From Rubricoccaceae bacterium (GTDB taxonomy: Bacteria > Bacteroidota > Rhodothermia > Rhodothermales > Rubricoccaceae), in assembly GCA_963728345.1 (NCBI GenBank), contig CAVSJM010000007.1, positions 81,155-145,154 on the forward strand: 64,000 nucleotides of DNA, given 5' to 3'. Of this stretch, positions 10,012 to 19,508 are shown piece after piece. The first letter of the stretch is position 1; each line of letters opens with the position of its first letter. The notes beneath the pieces are model-generated. The model did not search any database and was not told the DNA's origin. It saw nothing but the letters and a program-made list of their open reading frames with translations. A program made the position numbers and the translations under genes.

Positions 10012-10682
10012 GGGCGAGCGGACGCGAGGGGGGAGTCGGGCGTGGAGGGCGCAACGGGAGCGGGGGCCTCGTCCGTCTTCGAGCGCGTGACGGGCTCGGC
10101 CACGACGGCCTCGGCCCGGAAGCACCGCCGGCAGCGGGGCTCGTACGCCTCGGTCTCGCCCACGAGCACGCGGTCGGCGTTGTGGACGATCCGCTGCGAG
10201 TGGTTGGCCGGCGCACCGCACCGGACGCACACGGCATGGAGCTTCGTCACGTGCTCGGCCACGGCCATGAGCTGGGGGACCGGCTCGAACGGGCGACCGA
10301 GGTAGTCCTGGTCGAGCCCGGCGAGGATCACGCGGCGGCCGTCGCGCGCGAGGCGCTCCACCACGTCCACCAGCTCCGGGCCAAAGAACTGCGCCTCGTC
10401 GATCCCAACCACGTCGGCGTCGCCGACGAGGAGGAGGATCTGGCCGGCCGTGTGGACCACCTCGGACGGCATGACCTTGGCGTCGTGGCTGACGACGGCG
10501 GTCTCGTCGTAGCGGGTGTCGAGGGCGGGCTTGAAGGCGGCCACGCGCTGTCGGGCGATGCGGGCGCGGCGAAGACGGCGGATCAGCTCCTCGGTCTTGC
10601 CCGAGAACATGCTCCCGCAGACGACCTCGATCCAGCCACCACGGCGGCCCGACTCGTCGCGTGTGTAGACGTGCGGTTCCAT
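10008..10682 (-). CDS. tdk: Thymidine kinase (type II)
   Basis: GSMFSGKTEELIRR, IDEAQFF, AGLDQDY, zinc CVRC...CRRC, YEPRCR. Confidence 0.96.
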   Translation of the reverse strand: MEPHVYTRDESGRRGGWIEVVCGSMFSGKTEELIRRLRRARIARQRVAAFKPALDTRYDETAVVSHDAKVMPSEVVHTAGQILLLVGDADVVGIDEAQFFGPELVDVVERLARDGRRVILAGLDQDYLGRPFEPVPQLMAVAEHVTKLHAVCVRCGAPANHSQRIVHNADRVLVGETEAYEPRCRRCFRAEAVVAEPVTRSKTDEAPAPVAPSTPDSPLASARP

Positions 10683-10754
10683 GCAGGGAAGGTACGCGGT
10701 GGGCGGGAGCGCGGGGACGAACGAACGGCCCGCCGATAGGACCTCGTGCCTCCG

Positions 10755-11453
10755 CTACAGTTGCTCGACGGCCCGCTCGGGGAGCCACCCCTCGGCGCCG
10801 TCGGCCTCGACGCGTCGCCACCCGCCACGCGCTCCGCCGACGCGGACCGTCTCACCAGCCCGGACACGGGCGACGCCGACGGCCTCGGCGGACGGGGCCT
10901 CCGTCACCTCGGCCTCGGGTGCCAGCACCACGCCGATGGGCTGCGACCGCTCCCACAGCGCGGCGGCCGCGACGCCGACGGCCAGCGCGGCGGCGACGCC
11001 CACGCCGAGTGCGAGGCGCCGGCGCTCCAGGAAGAACAGCCCCAGCGCGCCGAACGTGAGGGCGAGCGCCAGGGCCACGAGCCCCACCGCCCCGACGACG
11101 CCGACGATCTGGTCCCACAGCCGCTCGGGGACGGACCGGGTGGGTACGTCGGCGGCCTGGCGGGCGAGGCGGAGGTTCTGGGCGATCCGGGTGTCGAGGG
11201 GGGCGAGGCGGGCGGCTCGCTCCAGGTGGAGCCGGGCGCGGCCGAGGTCGCCCCGCTGAAGGGCGACGGTCCCCAGGTTGTGCTCGACGGCGACCGAGGT
11301 GACGCCCGTCGCGCGGGCGCCCTCCCAGGCGGCCACGGCACCGGACGTGTCGCCCTCGGCGATCAGCTCGGCGCCGAGGGCGAACAGCCGCTCGGCCTCG
11401 GCGCGCGGCGACGCGGCGGGCTGGAGGAGGAGGAGGGCGAGGAGGAGCGTCAC
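10755..11453 (-). CDS. batE: BatE-like TPR + SH3 protein
   Basis: Signal segment, TPR (VEHNLGTVALQRGDLGRARLHLERAARLAP), TM segments, C-terminal SH3 (GETVRV...GWRRVE...EGWLP). Lies downstream of batD. Start at GTG 11453. Confidence 0.85.
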   Translation of the reverse strand: MTLLLALLLLQPAASPRAEAERLFALGAELIAEGDTSGAVAAWEGARATGVTSVAVEHNLGTVALQRGDLGRARLHLERAARLAPLDTRIAQNLRLARQAADVPTRSVPERLWDQIVGVVGAVGLVALALALTFGALGLFFLERRRLALGVGVAAALAVGVAAAALWERSQPIGVVLAPEAEVTEAPSAEAVGVARVRAGETVRVGGARGGWRRVEADGAEGWLPERAVEQL

Positions 11454-11633
11454 GGGGCGTCTAGGGCGCAGTCGGTCGGAGGCGGACGGTGGCGGCCCGC
11501 AGGCCGTCGCCCGAGGCGGTGACCGTGATCGGGGCGGTCGATCCTGGCTCGGCAGAAGGGGGCGGCCCACGATACGGCGCAGGCCTCGCGGCAGGCGCAG
11601 CAGGCGGACTCCGACGCGTCGGAGCCCGGCGCG

Positions 11634-13433
11634 CTAGGCGGGGCGCAGCACGCGCTGGAGGCCCGTCGGCCGGGGCGGGTCGCCCACACCGTCGAGGGCG
11701 TCGAGCGTCGCCTCGGCCTCCGAGACGACGGCCTCGGGCGAGAAGCCGCGCGGGAGGCCTGGGGCGTACTGCCCCCGGTCGCAGGCGTCGAGCAGGTCGA
11801 GCGTCCGCATGCGGACGGCGGGCGGGACGCCGGCGCGGTCGAGGGCCCGGTCGAGGTCGGGGCGAGAGCGCGTGGCGGCAGGAATGCCGAACCGGTCGGT
11901 GAGGAAGACGTGCGTGGCGCGCTCGACCTCGGCGTAGGCGTCCCGGCCGGACCGGGCGCGGGCGTCGGCGAGGCGGCGCTGGACCTCGGTGGCCGCGCGG
12001 CGTCGACGGCGGGCGGGCGTGTCGGCCTCCAGCCGCTGGCGCCCGACGCGGGCGGCGACGAGCCCGCCGGCGACGAGCAGGGGCAGGGCGAGGCCGCCGC
12101 CGAGCACGAGCCACAGCCACCCGGCAGACCCCGGCGGGCGGCGCCAGTCGGCAGCCGCGAGGAGGGCGGCCGGGGCGTCCGGCCCGGTGGCCGGCGCGGC
12201 GCCCACAGCCAGGGCCGGCCCGGCCACGGCGATCTCGGCTGCGGTCGTGCGAAGCGTCTTGTACTGGCCGTCGGCGGGGTCGAAGTAGGACCACGCGAGG
12301 GGCGGGATCTCGAACGTGCCGCCGCCCTGGGGGACGAGCGTGTACGTGAACGTCTTGATCCCGCGCAGCGGCTCGGCGGACCGGCGGATCTCGCGCTCCT
12401 CCGTCGGGTCGTAGGCGTCGATGCCCGGCGGCACGTCCAGAGCGGGGGCCCTGAGGAGGGCTACGTTGCCGTCGCCCGCGATCGTCGTCTTGAGCTCGAC
12501 GGCGTCGCCCGCGTCCACACGGCGACGGTCCACCTGCGAGGTGAGGGTGAACTGGCCGACGGCGCCGGAGAACGAGGGCGGTGCCCCGGCCGGCAGGTCG
12601 CGGACGGTGACGGTCACGGCCGGTGCGGTCACCTCCTCCTCGTCGTACCGCGAGGAGAAGGGAGAGAAGAACGGGCCGAAGGGGTCGTTCCCGAAGCTCC
12701 GCATCGTCCGCAGGAGGTCCACGGAGAACGACATCGGTGCCAGGGTCAGCTCGCCGGCGCGGGTGGGGAAGAGGGCGACACGCCGGATGGTGACAGCCTC
12801 GTAGGGCTCGCCGCCGAGCGTGACCGCGCGAGGGTAGGTGGCCGGCACGTCCATCTCCTCGCGCCAGAACCCGGGCGCGTCCCACGTCCCAGTGGGGGCC
12901 GTCTGGCGCGGCTGGACGTCGGGCTCGAAGTAGAGCACGTAGTCCACCACTACCTGCTGGCCCACGAGGGCCGTCTGGCGGCTGGGCTCGGCGCGCACGA
13001 ACAGGCCCGACGACGTGGCGGCCCCCGAAGCGCTCGGGGCTGTGGCAGGCGCAGGCGCGCCTCGCAGGACGGTCACCGTCACGGGGTCGAGGGCGATGCG
13101 CCGGCTGCCGACGCGGAGCGTCACCCCCTCGATCTGGCCAGCGCCGGGGCGGACGCCCTCGTAGCTCCACGCGATCCGTCGCTCGGTCTCGCCGTTGATC
13201 GACGTCGTCACGTCGAGTGTCGGCTGGCGCGAGAGGAGCCGGAGGGCGCCCGACGCCGACGGCGCCTGGATCGCACTCCCCCGGCCCCCCTGGACCGTGA
13301 TGGTGTACGTCATCTGCTCGCCCACGCGGAGCTGCTGGGTCGAAGCGAACCCGTCGGCCGACTGCGCGGCGACGGGCCCAGCCGCCATGACGGTCAGGGC
13401 GGCGAGGAGGAGGTTGCGGGCGATTCGCATCAC
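11634..13433 (-). CDS. batD: BatD family protein
   Basis: Signal peptide, repeated Ig-like BatD segments, FSGAVGQF, TIAGDGNV, FDPADGQY, C-terminal TM. Bat cluster context. Confidence 0.9.
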   Translation of the reverse strand: MMRIARNLLLAALTVMAAGPVAAQSADGFASTQQLRVGEQMTYTITVQGGRGSAIQAPSASGALRLLSRQPTLDVTTSINGETERRIAWSYEGVRPGAGQIEGVTLRVGSRRIALDPVTVTVLRGAPAPATAPSASGAATSSGLFVRAEPSRQTALVGQQVVVDYVLYFEPDVQPRQTAPTGTWDAPGFWREEMDVPATYPRAVTLGGEPYEAVTIRRVALFPTRAGELTLAPMSFSVDLLRTMRSFGNDPFGPFFSPFSSRYDEEEVTAPAVTVTVRDLPAGAPPSFSGAVGQFTLTSQVDRRRVDAGDAVELKTTIAGDGNVALLRAPALDVPPGIDAYDPTEEREIRRSAEPLRGIKTFTYTLVPQGGGTFEIPPLAWSYFDPADGQYKTLRTTAAEIAVAGPALAVGAAPATGPDAPAALLAAADWRRPPGSAGWLWLVLGGGLALPLLVAGGLVAARVGRQRLEADTPARRRRRAATEVQRRLADARARSGRDAYAEVERATHVFLTDRFGIPAATRSRPDLDRALDRAGVPPAVRMRTLDLLDACDRGQYAPGLPRGFSPEAVVSEAEATLDALDGVGDPPRPTGLQRVLRPA

Positions 13434-14041
13434 CAGTCCTTGTCGCTCTGGCGCGACCGCGTGGGCGTCCGGCGCAGCTCGCGGAGGAGGAGGCGCTCCT
13501 CCCCGCCCACGGCGTCGAGGATGCGCTCGGCCTGCGCCTGGCTCATTTCGCCCGCCTCCGCGGCGGCCGGGACGTCCTCGTCCCCGCCTCGTCCGTCTCC
13601 CTGCCGTCCGGTCTGGCTGTCGTCGCCGTTCTGTTCCTGCCCCGGGTCCTGAGGCTGCGTACGCGTCTGGTCTTGCTCGGCCTCTGGCTCGTCGGGCGGC
13701 GGCGGCTGGTCCTGCCCGCTCTCACCCTGGTCGCCCGGCTGCCCCTCCTCTCCGTCGGACTCGTTCTGAGCCTGGTCCGAGTTCTGCCCGCCCTGCTGCT
13801 GGTCTTGCTGCTCTTGCTCCTGCTCGATGAGGTCGCGGAGGGCCTGGAGGCGTGCATTGGCGGGCGCGGTGCGAAGGCCGGCGTCGACGGCTGCCTTCGC
13901 GCGGGCCATGTCGCCGTTGACGAACGCCTGGGCGCCGGCGTGATACCGCTCGACGGCCACGTCCGACGCGGCGCTCTGGGGCGCGCGCTGCGCGAGCGCG
14001 ACCGGGACGAGGAGGGCGAGGAGGAGGAAAACGCGGGTCAT
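13430..14041 (-). CDS. batC: BatC-like protein with Q/E/D-rich low-complexity region
   Basis: Real part of the 13430..14740 ORF, starting MTRVFLLLALL. One TPR-like helix pair, Q/E-rich tract, and the BatC-type ending MSQAQAERILDAV...DKDW. Confidence 0.75.
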   Translation of the reverse strand: MTRVFLLLALLVPVALAQRAPQSAASDVAVERYHAGAQAFVNGDMARAKAAVDAGLRTAPANARLQALRDLIEQEQEQQDQQQGGQNSDQAQNESDGEEGQPGDQGESGQDQPPPPDEPEAEQDQTRTQPQDPGQEQNGDDSQTGRQGDGRGGDEDVPAAAEAGEMSQAQAERILDAVGGEERLLLRELRRTPTRSRQSDKDW

Positions 14042-14790
14042 GGGAGGGAGTCTACCCGGCTCGGGGGCACGCGGTCCGTCGGCACGTCGCCGGGTGACGT
14101 GGTCTCTTCGATCTGGACGACACCGCCGAGGCGCTGGGTGAAGTCGGCGAAGGCGGCGACGGAAGAGTCTTGCGCGAGGCCCTCCTCCATGACGTCCAAG
14201 GCGGCCCGGTATTGCCGCGCGGAGACGAGCGAGTCCGCGCGGGCCTTGACCTCGCGGGCGAAGTCCGAGGGCTCGGGCCGGTCGTCCTGGTCGAGGGCGC
14301 GGCGGGCGATCTCGTAGTTGCGCCGGGCGGCGGCGCTGGACGGGTCGAGGAGGAGCGCCCGGCGGAGGAGGTCGACGGCCCGGGCCGGGTCGCCGGCGAG
14401 GAGCGCGGCGGTCCCGGCGTCGAGGGCGTAGCGGGCGCGCTGGTCGAGCGAGTCGGCCCGGACGAGGGCGTCGGCGTAGGCGCTGTCGGCGGGGGCGGCC
14501 TCGCCGAGGTGAAGACGGGCGAACCCGAGGGCGTGCCAGAGCTTTGCCTGGGTCGGGCGGGCCACGTCGTCGTCGGCGAGCCCGGCGATGAGGCGATCGG
14601 CGGCCTCCTGGTACAGCGCCCGGGCCTGGGGCGCCGTGGACGAGTCGGCGGCGAGGGCGTCGGCCTGGCGGAGGAGGGCGACGCCTCGCCGGCCCTCCGG
14701 GACGCCGTCGCCGAACGCCGCCAGCGGGTCGGGCCCGCACCCGGCCAGGGCGAGCGCCACGAGCGCGAGCAGGAGCGCACGCGGTCTCAT
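14038..14790 (-). CDS. TPR-repeat lipoprotein in Bat cluster
   Basis: Lipobox LALAGC after MRPRALLL. TPR-like helices (LWHALGFARL, YALDAGTAAL, ARRNYEIA). 4-nt overlaps with both neighbours. Confidence 0.78.
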   Translation of the reverse strand: MRPRALLLALVALALAGCGPDPLAAFGDGVPEGRRGVALLRQADALAADSSTAPQARALYQEAADRLIAGLADDDVARPTQAKLWHALGFARLHLGEAAPADSAYADALVRADSLDQRARYALDAGTAALLAGDPARAVDLLRRALLLDPSSAAARRNYEIARRALDQDDRPEPSDFAREVKARADSLVSARQYRAALDVMEEGLAQDSSVAAFADFTQRLGGVVQIEETTSPGDVPTDRVPPSRVDSLP

Positions 14791-15821
14791 AAGGCGATGG
14801 GCTCGGCCGGCTCCGTCCGCCGCAGGGCGACGAGTCGCTCGGCGACGAGCAGGAGGAGCGCGAGGGCGAGCGGCCACTGAAACCGCTCGGCGGACGCCGC
14901 GAACTCGCTCTGGGCGAGGACGGCCCGGTCGAGCCCGTCGAGGGCGTCGTTGATCTGGGGCGCGACGGCGCCGCTCCGGGCGATCCGGTAGAGCCCCGAG
15001 CGGCCGGCGAGGTCGCGGAGCGCGCCCGGCTCGAACTGCGAGATGACGGGCTGGCCGGACCGGTCGCGGCGGACGCCGGTCACGGTGCCCCGGCGGACGT
15101 TAGGGACCTCGCCGCCCTCGTCGGTCCCGACGCCGAGGGCGAGGATCGTCACGCCGTCGTCGCGGAGGGCGTCGGCGGCGCTGTCGAGGCCGCCCTCGTG
15201 GTCCTCGCCGTCGGAGACCACGAGGAAGGCGCGGGGCCGCTCGGCCTCCCCGCCCTCAGCGCTCGCGTTGAATGCCTGATCGGCCACGGCGAGCGCGCGG
15301 GCGAAGTCGGTCCCCTGGATCGCGATCTGGTCTGGCTCGGCGGCGCCGAGGAACAGACGGAGGGCGCTCCGGTCGGTCGTGAGCGGGCACTGGAGGAACG
15401 CTTCCCCCGCGAACACGACGAGCCCAACGCGGTCGCCCCGCCGCTCCTCGATGATCCGCTCGATCTCCAGCTTGGCCCGTTGCAGCCGCGACGGCGCCAC
15501 GTCGTCGACGCGCATCGAGTCCGACACGTCGAGGGCGATGAGGAGGTCGAGGCTCTCCTGACGCGCCTCGCGGAGGGCCGTCCCGAGGCGCGGTCCGGCG
15601 AGCGCTACGCCGAGGCAGAGGAGCGCGCCGACGATCAGCCCGGCCCGTACGCGCCGCTGGCGGACGATCGGGAGGAGGCCGGCCGCCTCCCGGTCGGCGC
15701 GGGGGCCGAGGAACAGAGCGAGCGCCTCACGCCGACGCCGGGCGGCGTAGACGAACGCCGCCAGCGCGGTGGGCACGAGCACCGCCAGCAGGGCGAGGAC
15801 GAGGGGGGAGCGGAACGACAT
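14787..15821 (-). CDS. batB: BatB vWA-domain protein
   Basis: LALAGPRLG, MIDAS DVSDS, PSRLQRAK, GDRVGLVVFAG, PLTTD, VSDGED, LGVGT. Confidence 0.9.
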   Translation of the reverse strand: MSFRSPLVLALLAVLVPTALAAFVYAARRRREALALFLGPRADREAAGLLPIVRQRRVRAGLIVGALLCLGVALAGPRLGTALREARQESLDLLIALDVSDSMRVDDVAPSRLQRAKLEIERIIEERRGDRVGLVVFAGEAFLQCPLTTDRSALRLFLGAAEPDQIAIQGTDFARALAVADQAFNASAEGGEAERPRAFLVVSDGEDHEGGLDSAADALRDDGVTILALGVGTDEGGEVPNVRRGTVTGVRRDRSGQPVISQFEPGALRDLAGRSGLYRIARSGAVAPQINDALDGLDRAVLAQSEFAASAERFQWPLALALLLLVAERLVALRRTEPAEPIAL

Positions 15822-15976
15822 CGGCGATCGGGGAGACTACCAACGCTCGAGGGGCCGCGCCCGTGCCCGTTCGTCCACCGATCGAACCGCTTAGCCCGGG
15901 GGCGCTCCGCTCGTCCGAATGCGGCTTCGCTCGGCGCGCGAGACCCGTACCCTCGCATCGTCCCGCTCACCTCTCG

Positions 15977-17349
15977 ATGACTCGTACCCGCCTCTACTGG
16001 ATCTGCCAGCTCCTCGGCTGGGCCGTCGCCATCGGCGGCTTCATCGGCCTGGCGGCGCTGACGGGCGGCTTCATCGGCCCCCGCGCCACGCCGGCCCAGA
16101 TCGCGTTCGCGGTGGTCCTGTCCTACGGGTTGAGCGTCGGGGGGACGCACGCCATCCACGTGGTCGCCACGCGGCGCGGGTGGTTCGATCTATCGCTGCG
16201 GGCGCTGGTGCCTGACGCCCGCCCCCTCCGTGCCGTGCTCGTGGACGACGAGCGCCTTGCGCGCCGCGAACTGCGCACGCTCCTCGCCGCTCACCCCGAA
16301 GTCCAGATCGTCGGCGAGGCCGAAGACGCCGATGCTGCGGAGGGGCTCCTCGGCCGCCTCCGCGCCAATGGCGAGGCGCCCGACGTGCTGTTCCTCGACG
16401 TCCAGATGCCCGGCCGGAGCGGGTTCGACTTGCTCGACGACCTCGACGCGTCGCCCGACGTCGGGTTCGTGACGCCTACGATGAGCACGCGCTCCGCGCC
16501 TTCCGCGTCAGCGCGCTCGACTACCTCCTCGAGCCCGTGGACCCGGAGCGGCTGGCGGAGGCCGTCGGTCGCGTCGCCGCGCGGGCCTCCGGCGCCTCGA
16601 CGCCCGCGCCGGCCGCCACCTGCGAGCGGCCCCTCGGCGCCGACGACCGCGTGTTCGTCAAGGACGGCGAGCGGATGCACCTCGTCCACGTGCGTCTCTT
16701 CGAGTCCGTCGGCAACTACACCCGGCTCCACTTCGACAGGCCGGACGGGCGGACCGAGACGCCGCTCGTCCGCCGCAGCCTGAGCGCCCTCGAAGACCGG
16801 CTGGACCGGCCCTCGCCGCGCGCCAGCCGGACCCAGATGATCGGCCTGGCCCACGTCGTCCGCCTGGACGATGCCCTCAACGGCGGGCTCCTCGCTCGTC
16901 TCCCCGACGGCACCGCCGTCGAGTTCTCGCGGCGTCGCGCACAGGCACTCCGCGACCGCCTCCTCGAGGTCGTCGACGCGCACGGCTGGCCGACGCCTGC
17001 CCTCATCGGCGCCGACGGCGTGAACGCGGCGTTCATGATCGTCCAGCACGCGGACCCCGCCACGCAGGAACGGATGCTCCCCTTCGTCGAGGCGGCCTAC
17101 CACGCCGGCGAACTCCCGGGCCAGAGCTATGCGTTGCTCCTCGACCGCGTCCTGGTGTACGCGCGGGGCGAACCCCAGGTGTACGGGACGCAGGCCGTCC
17201 CGGTGGGCGAGTGGGTGGAGGGCCAGGCCGCCGTGCTCCCCACCATCGACGACACCACGCTCGACGCGCGCCGGGCGGAGGTGGGCCTGCCGCCGATCGC
17301 AGACTATCTGGTGCTGCTCACAGAGATGTACGCGCCGAGCGAGGACTGA
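15977..17349 (+). pseudogene. Chimeric, frameshifted locus: LytS-type sensor N-terminal TM fragment + REC-LytTR regulator + DUF6624 C-terminal fragment
   Basis: 15977-16210 has two TM segments like a sensor-kinase N-terminus. REC domain (VLVDDE, LFLDVQMPG) follows. A 1-bp deletion near 16473 (gtg ac-gcc tac, expected VTAYDEHAL) shifts the frame. Then LytTR (VFVKDG, FESVGNY, SRRRA), then GWP...QHAD...DRVLV...QVYGTQ...RRAEVGLPP. Confidence 0.75.
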
Positions 17350-17366
17350 GCCTCCTGGGGCAGGTC

Positions 17367-18344
17367 CTACGGGACCTCGCGGAGCCGCGTGGTGCCGAGC
17401 ACGACCGAGAGCACGAGGCAGGCGAACGCCGGCCACAGGAGCCACGGGTAGAGCTCGTTCACGTCGAGCAGGACGGTCTCCTCGATCTCGGTCCGCTCCA
17501 GCTCCGAGATGGCGTCGTAGATCTGGCGGAGGGCCTGGGCGTCCGTCGCGCGGAAGTAGCGCCCGCCGGTCGTCTCGGCGACGGCCTGGAGCGCCTCCTC
17601 GTCCACCTCCGGCGCCGGCTGGAGGCGCGTACCGCCGAACGGGAGCTGCCCGCGGACGGTCCCGCCGTCGCCGCCCACGCCGATGGCGTAGACCTTGACG
17701 CCGAGCGCGGCGGCGGCCTCGGCCGCCGTCTGGGGGTCCACCTGGCCGCGGTTGTTCTGGCCGTCGGTGAGGAGGATGACCACCTTCGAGGCCGCGTCGG
17801 AGTCGCGGAGGCGGGACGTGGCCGTGGCGATGGCCGTCCCGATGGCCGTCCCGTCCTCGATCAGCCCCATCCGCACCTCCTGGAGCATGGTGAGCAGGAA
17901 CGGGTAGTCGATGGTGAGGGGCGCCTGCGTGTAGGCCTGGGCCGCGAACACGACGAGCCCGATCCGGTCGGACTCCCGCCCGCGGATGAACTCGGCGGCG
18001 ACGGCCTTCGCCGCCTCGAACCGGTTCGGGACGAAGTCCTCGGCCGTCATCGAGGTCGAGACGTCGAGGGCCATGACGATGTCGATCCCCTCGGTCGAGC
18101 GCTCGACGGACGCGTCGCGCTCCTGGGGCCGCGCCGCGCCGAGGATGCCGAGCGTGAGGGCGGCGAGCAGGAGCGCGTTCGGGAGCCACCGCCATCGTGC
18201 CCAGCCCGTCGTCTCGAGCGCCGCCGCGTCGTCCGCGACGGAGTAGCGGAGGCCGGGCTCCGGCCCATGCACGCGCCACATCCGCCACGCCAGGACCGGC
18301 ACGGCGAGAAGGGCGATCAGCCAGAGGGGGCTGGCGAAGATCAC
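17367..18344 (-). CDS. batA: BatA vWA-domain protein
   Basis: N-terminal BatA segment (FASPLWL), ARPQ, GIDIVMALDVSTSM, NRFEAAK, DRIGLVVFA, GTAIG, LLTDGQNNRG, IGVG, GGRYFRA. Confidence 0.94.
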   Translation of the reverse strand: MIFASPLWLIALLAVPVLAWRMWRVHGPEPGLRYSVADDAAALETTGWARWRWLPNALLLAALTLGILGAARPQERDASVERSTEGIDIVMALDVSTSMTAEDFVPNRFEAAKAVAAEFIRGRESDRIGLVVFAAQAYTQAPLTIDYPFLLTMLQEVRMGLIEDGTAIGTAIATATSRLRDSDAASKVVILLTDGQNNRGQVDPQTAAEAAAALGVKVYAIGVGGDGGTVRGQLPFGGTRLQPAPEVDEEALQAVAETTGGRYFRATDAQALRQIYDAISELERTEIEETVLLDVNELYPWLLWPAFACLVLSVVLGTTRLREVP

Positions 18345-18363
18345 GGACGGGTGATGGGCATGG

Positions 18364-18744
18364 TCACAGCGAGCGACGAAGAGCGAGGAGCCGCCGGCTC
18401 AGGATGTCGATCTGACGGAGTAAGTCCTCGACCTCATTCGGGGAGCAGATCCCGACCTCCGATGCGATGGCGAGTTGCGTCTCGACCTCGAACAGGGAGC
18501 CGCGAGCGTAGCGCAAGAACTGATCGAACTCGCCTTTCTTGTGACGACCCCAGCCCTCGGCAACGTTCGACGGCACCGAGACTGCGGCGCGTCGGACTTG
18601 AACTGTGAGTCCGAATCGTTCGTCTGGGGACTGGGAGGCGGTGACTCGGTACACGTCCCGAACGAGAGCGATCCCGCCATGCCACACGTCGAGGTCCCGG
18701 TACGTGCGGAAACTGCTTGTTCGAGGACGCTCATCACCCATCAC
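18364..18744 (-). CDS. Four helix bundle protein (23S rRNA IVP / Avd-like family)
   Basis: YRDLDVW, ERFGLTVQVRRAAVSVPSNVAEGWGR, FLRYARGSLFEVETQL are family signatures. Codon usage is visibly less GC-biased than its neighbours. Confidence 0.93.
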   Translation of the reverse strand: MMGDERPRTSSFRTYRDLDVWHGGIALVRDVYRVTASQSPDERFGLTVQVRRAAVSVPSNVAEGWGRHKKGEFDQFLRYARGSLFEVETQLAIASEVGICSPNEVEDLLRQIDILSRRLLALRRSL

Positions 18745-18759
18745 GCTTCACTCGTCACC
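18731..18759 (-). repeat. Degenerate 7-bp tandem repeat upstream of the four-helix-bundle gene
   Basis: Minus strand reads GTGACGA GTGAAGC GTGATGG GTGATGA. An inverted partial copy (GGGTGATGGG on +) lies at 18349-18358. Confidence 0.55.
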
Positions 18760-19505
18760 TGCTCCACCAACTCCGGCAGCACGTCGCCGGCGCGGCCGCG
18801 GACCTGCTCGTCGAGGCGCCAGGCGATGTCGCTCGGCTCCGGGTTGATCTCGGCGACGTACGCGCCCGACTGGCGGGCGATCTGGGGGAGCCCGGCGGCC
18901 GGGTAGACGACGGCGCTCGTGCCGACCGAGAGGTACACGTCGGCGAGCGCGGCGGCCTGGGTGGCGCGCGCGATGGCCTCCTCGGGGAGCATCTCGCCGA
19001 ACCACACCACGTCCGGACGGACGAGCCCGCCGCAGGCCTCGCACGTCAGCGGGCCGATGTCGGTGCCGGTCGCGTCGGCCTCGGCCTGGCAGTCGAGGCA
19101 GTACGAGCGGCGGAGCGAGCCGTGCAGCTCTACGAGGCGCTGGCTCCCGGCGCGCTCGTGGAGCCCGTCCACGTTCTGCGTGGCGAGAAGGAACTCGCCG
19201 CCGCGGCCGGTCACCCAGCGCTCCAGCGCCGCGAGGGCCTCGTGGCCCGCGTTCGGCCACACGTCCTCGACGACGGTCCGGCGGTGGGCGTACCAGCCCT
19301 GCACCAGCGTCGGGTTGGCGAGGAACGCCTCGATGTTGGCGAGCTCCTCCGGCTTGAACTGCTGCCACAGCCCGCCCGGGTCGCGGAACGTCGGGACCCC
19401 GCTCTCGGCCGAGATCCCGGCGCCCGTCAGCACGGCCACGCGCTGCGCCTCGCGGAGGCGGCGGACGAGCGTGTCGGAGAACGGGGGGCCGACGGGTTGA
19501 TACAT
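18741..19505 (-). CDS. cobB: NAD-dependent protein deacylase, sirtuin class III (CobB/SIRT5-like)
   Basis: GAGISAESGVPTFR, TQNVDGLH, ELHGS, zinc CLDC/CEAC, RPDVVWFGE, GTSAVVYPAA. WYAHR matches the YxxR desuccinylase determinant. Confidence 0.93.
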   Translation of the reverse strand: MYQPVGPPFSDTLVRRLREAQRVAVLTGAGISAESGVPTFRDPGGLWQQFKPEELANIEAFLANPTLVQGWYAHRRTVVEDVWPNAGHEALAALERWVTGRGGEFLLATQNVDGLHERAGSQRLVELHGSLRRSYCLDCQAEADATGTDIGPLTCEACGGLVRPDVVWFGEMLPEEAIARATQAAALADVYLSVGTSAVVYPAAGLPQIARQSGAYVAEINPEPSDIAWRLDEQVRGRAGDVLPELVEQVTSEA

Positions 19506-19508
19506 GGG

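Noticed and set aside
16465-16480. Programmed ribosomal frameshift in the LytTR chimera
   Set aside because: No slippery sequence or downstream stimulator. The context fits loss of one G from ACG GCC.
18364-18744. Diversity-generating retroelement suggested by the Avd-like gene
   Set aside because: No reverse transcriptase and no TR/VR repeat pair in the window. The C-type lectin gene is 34 kb away and has no adenine-variant duplicate.
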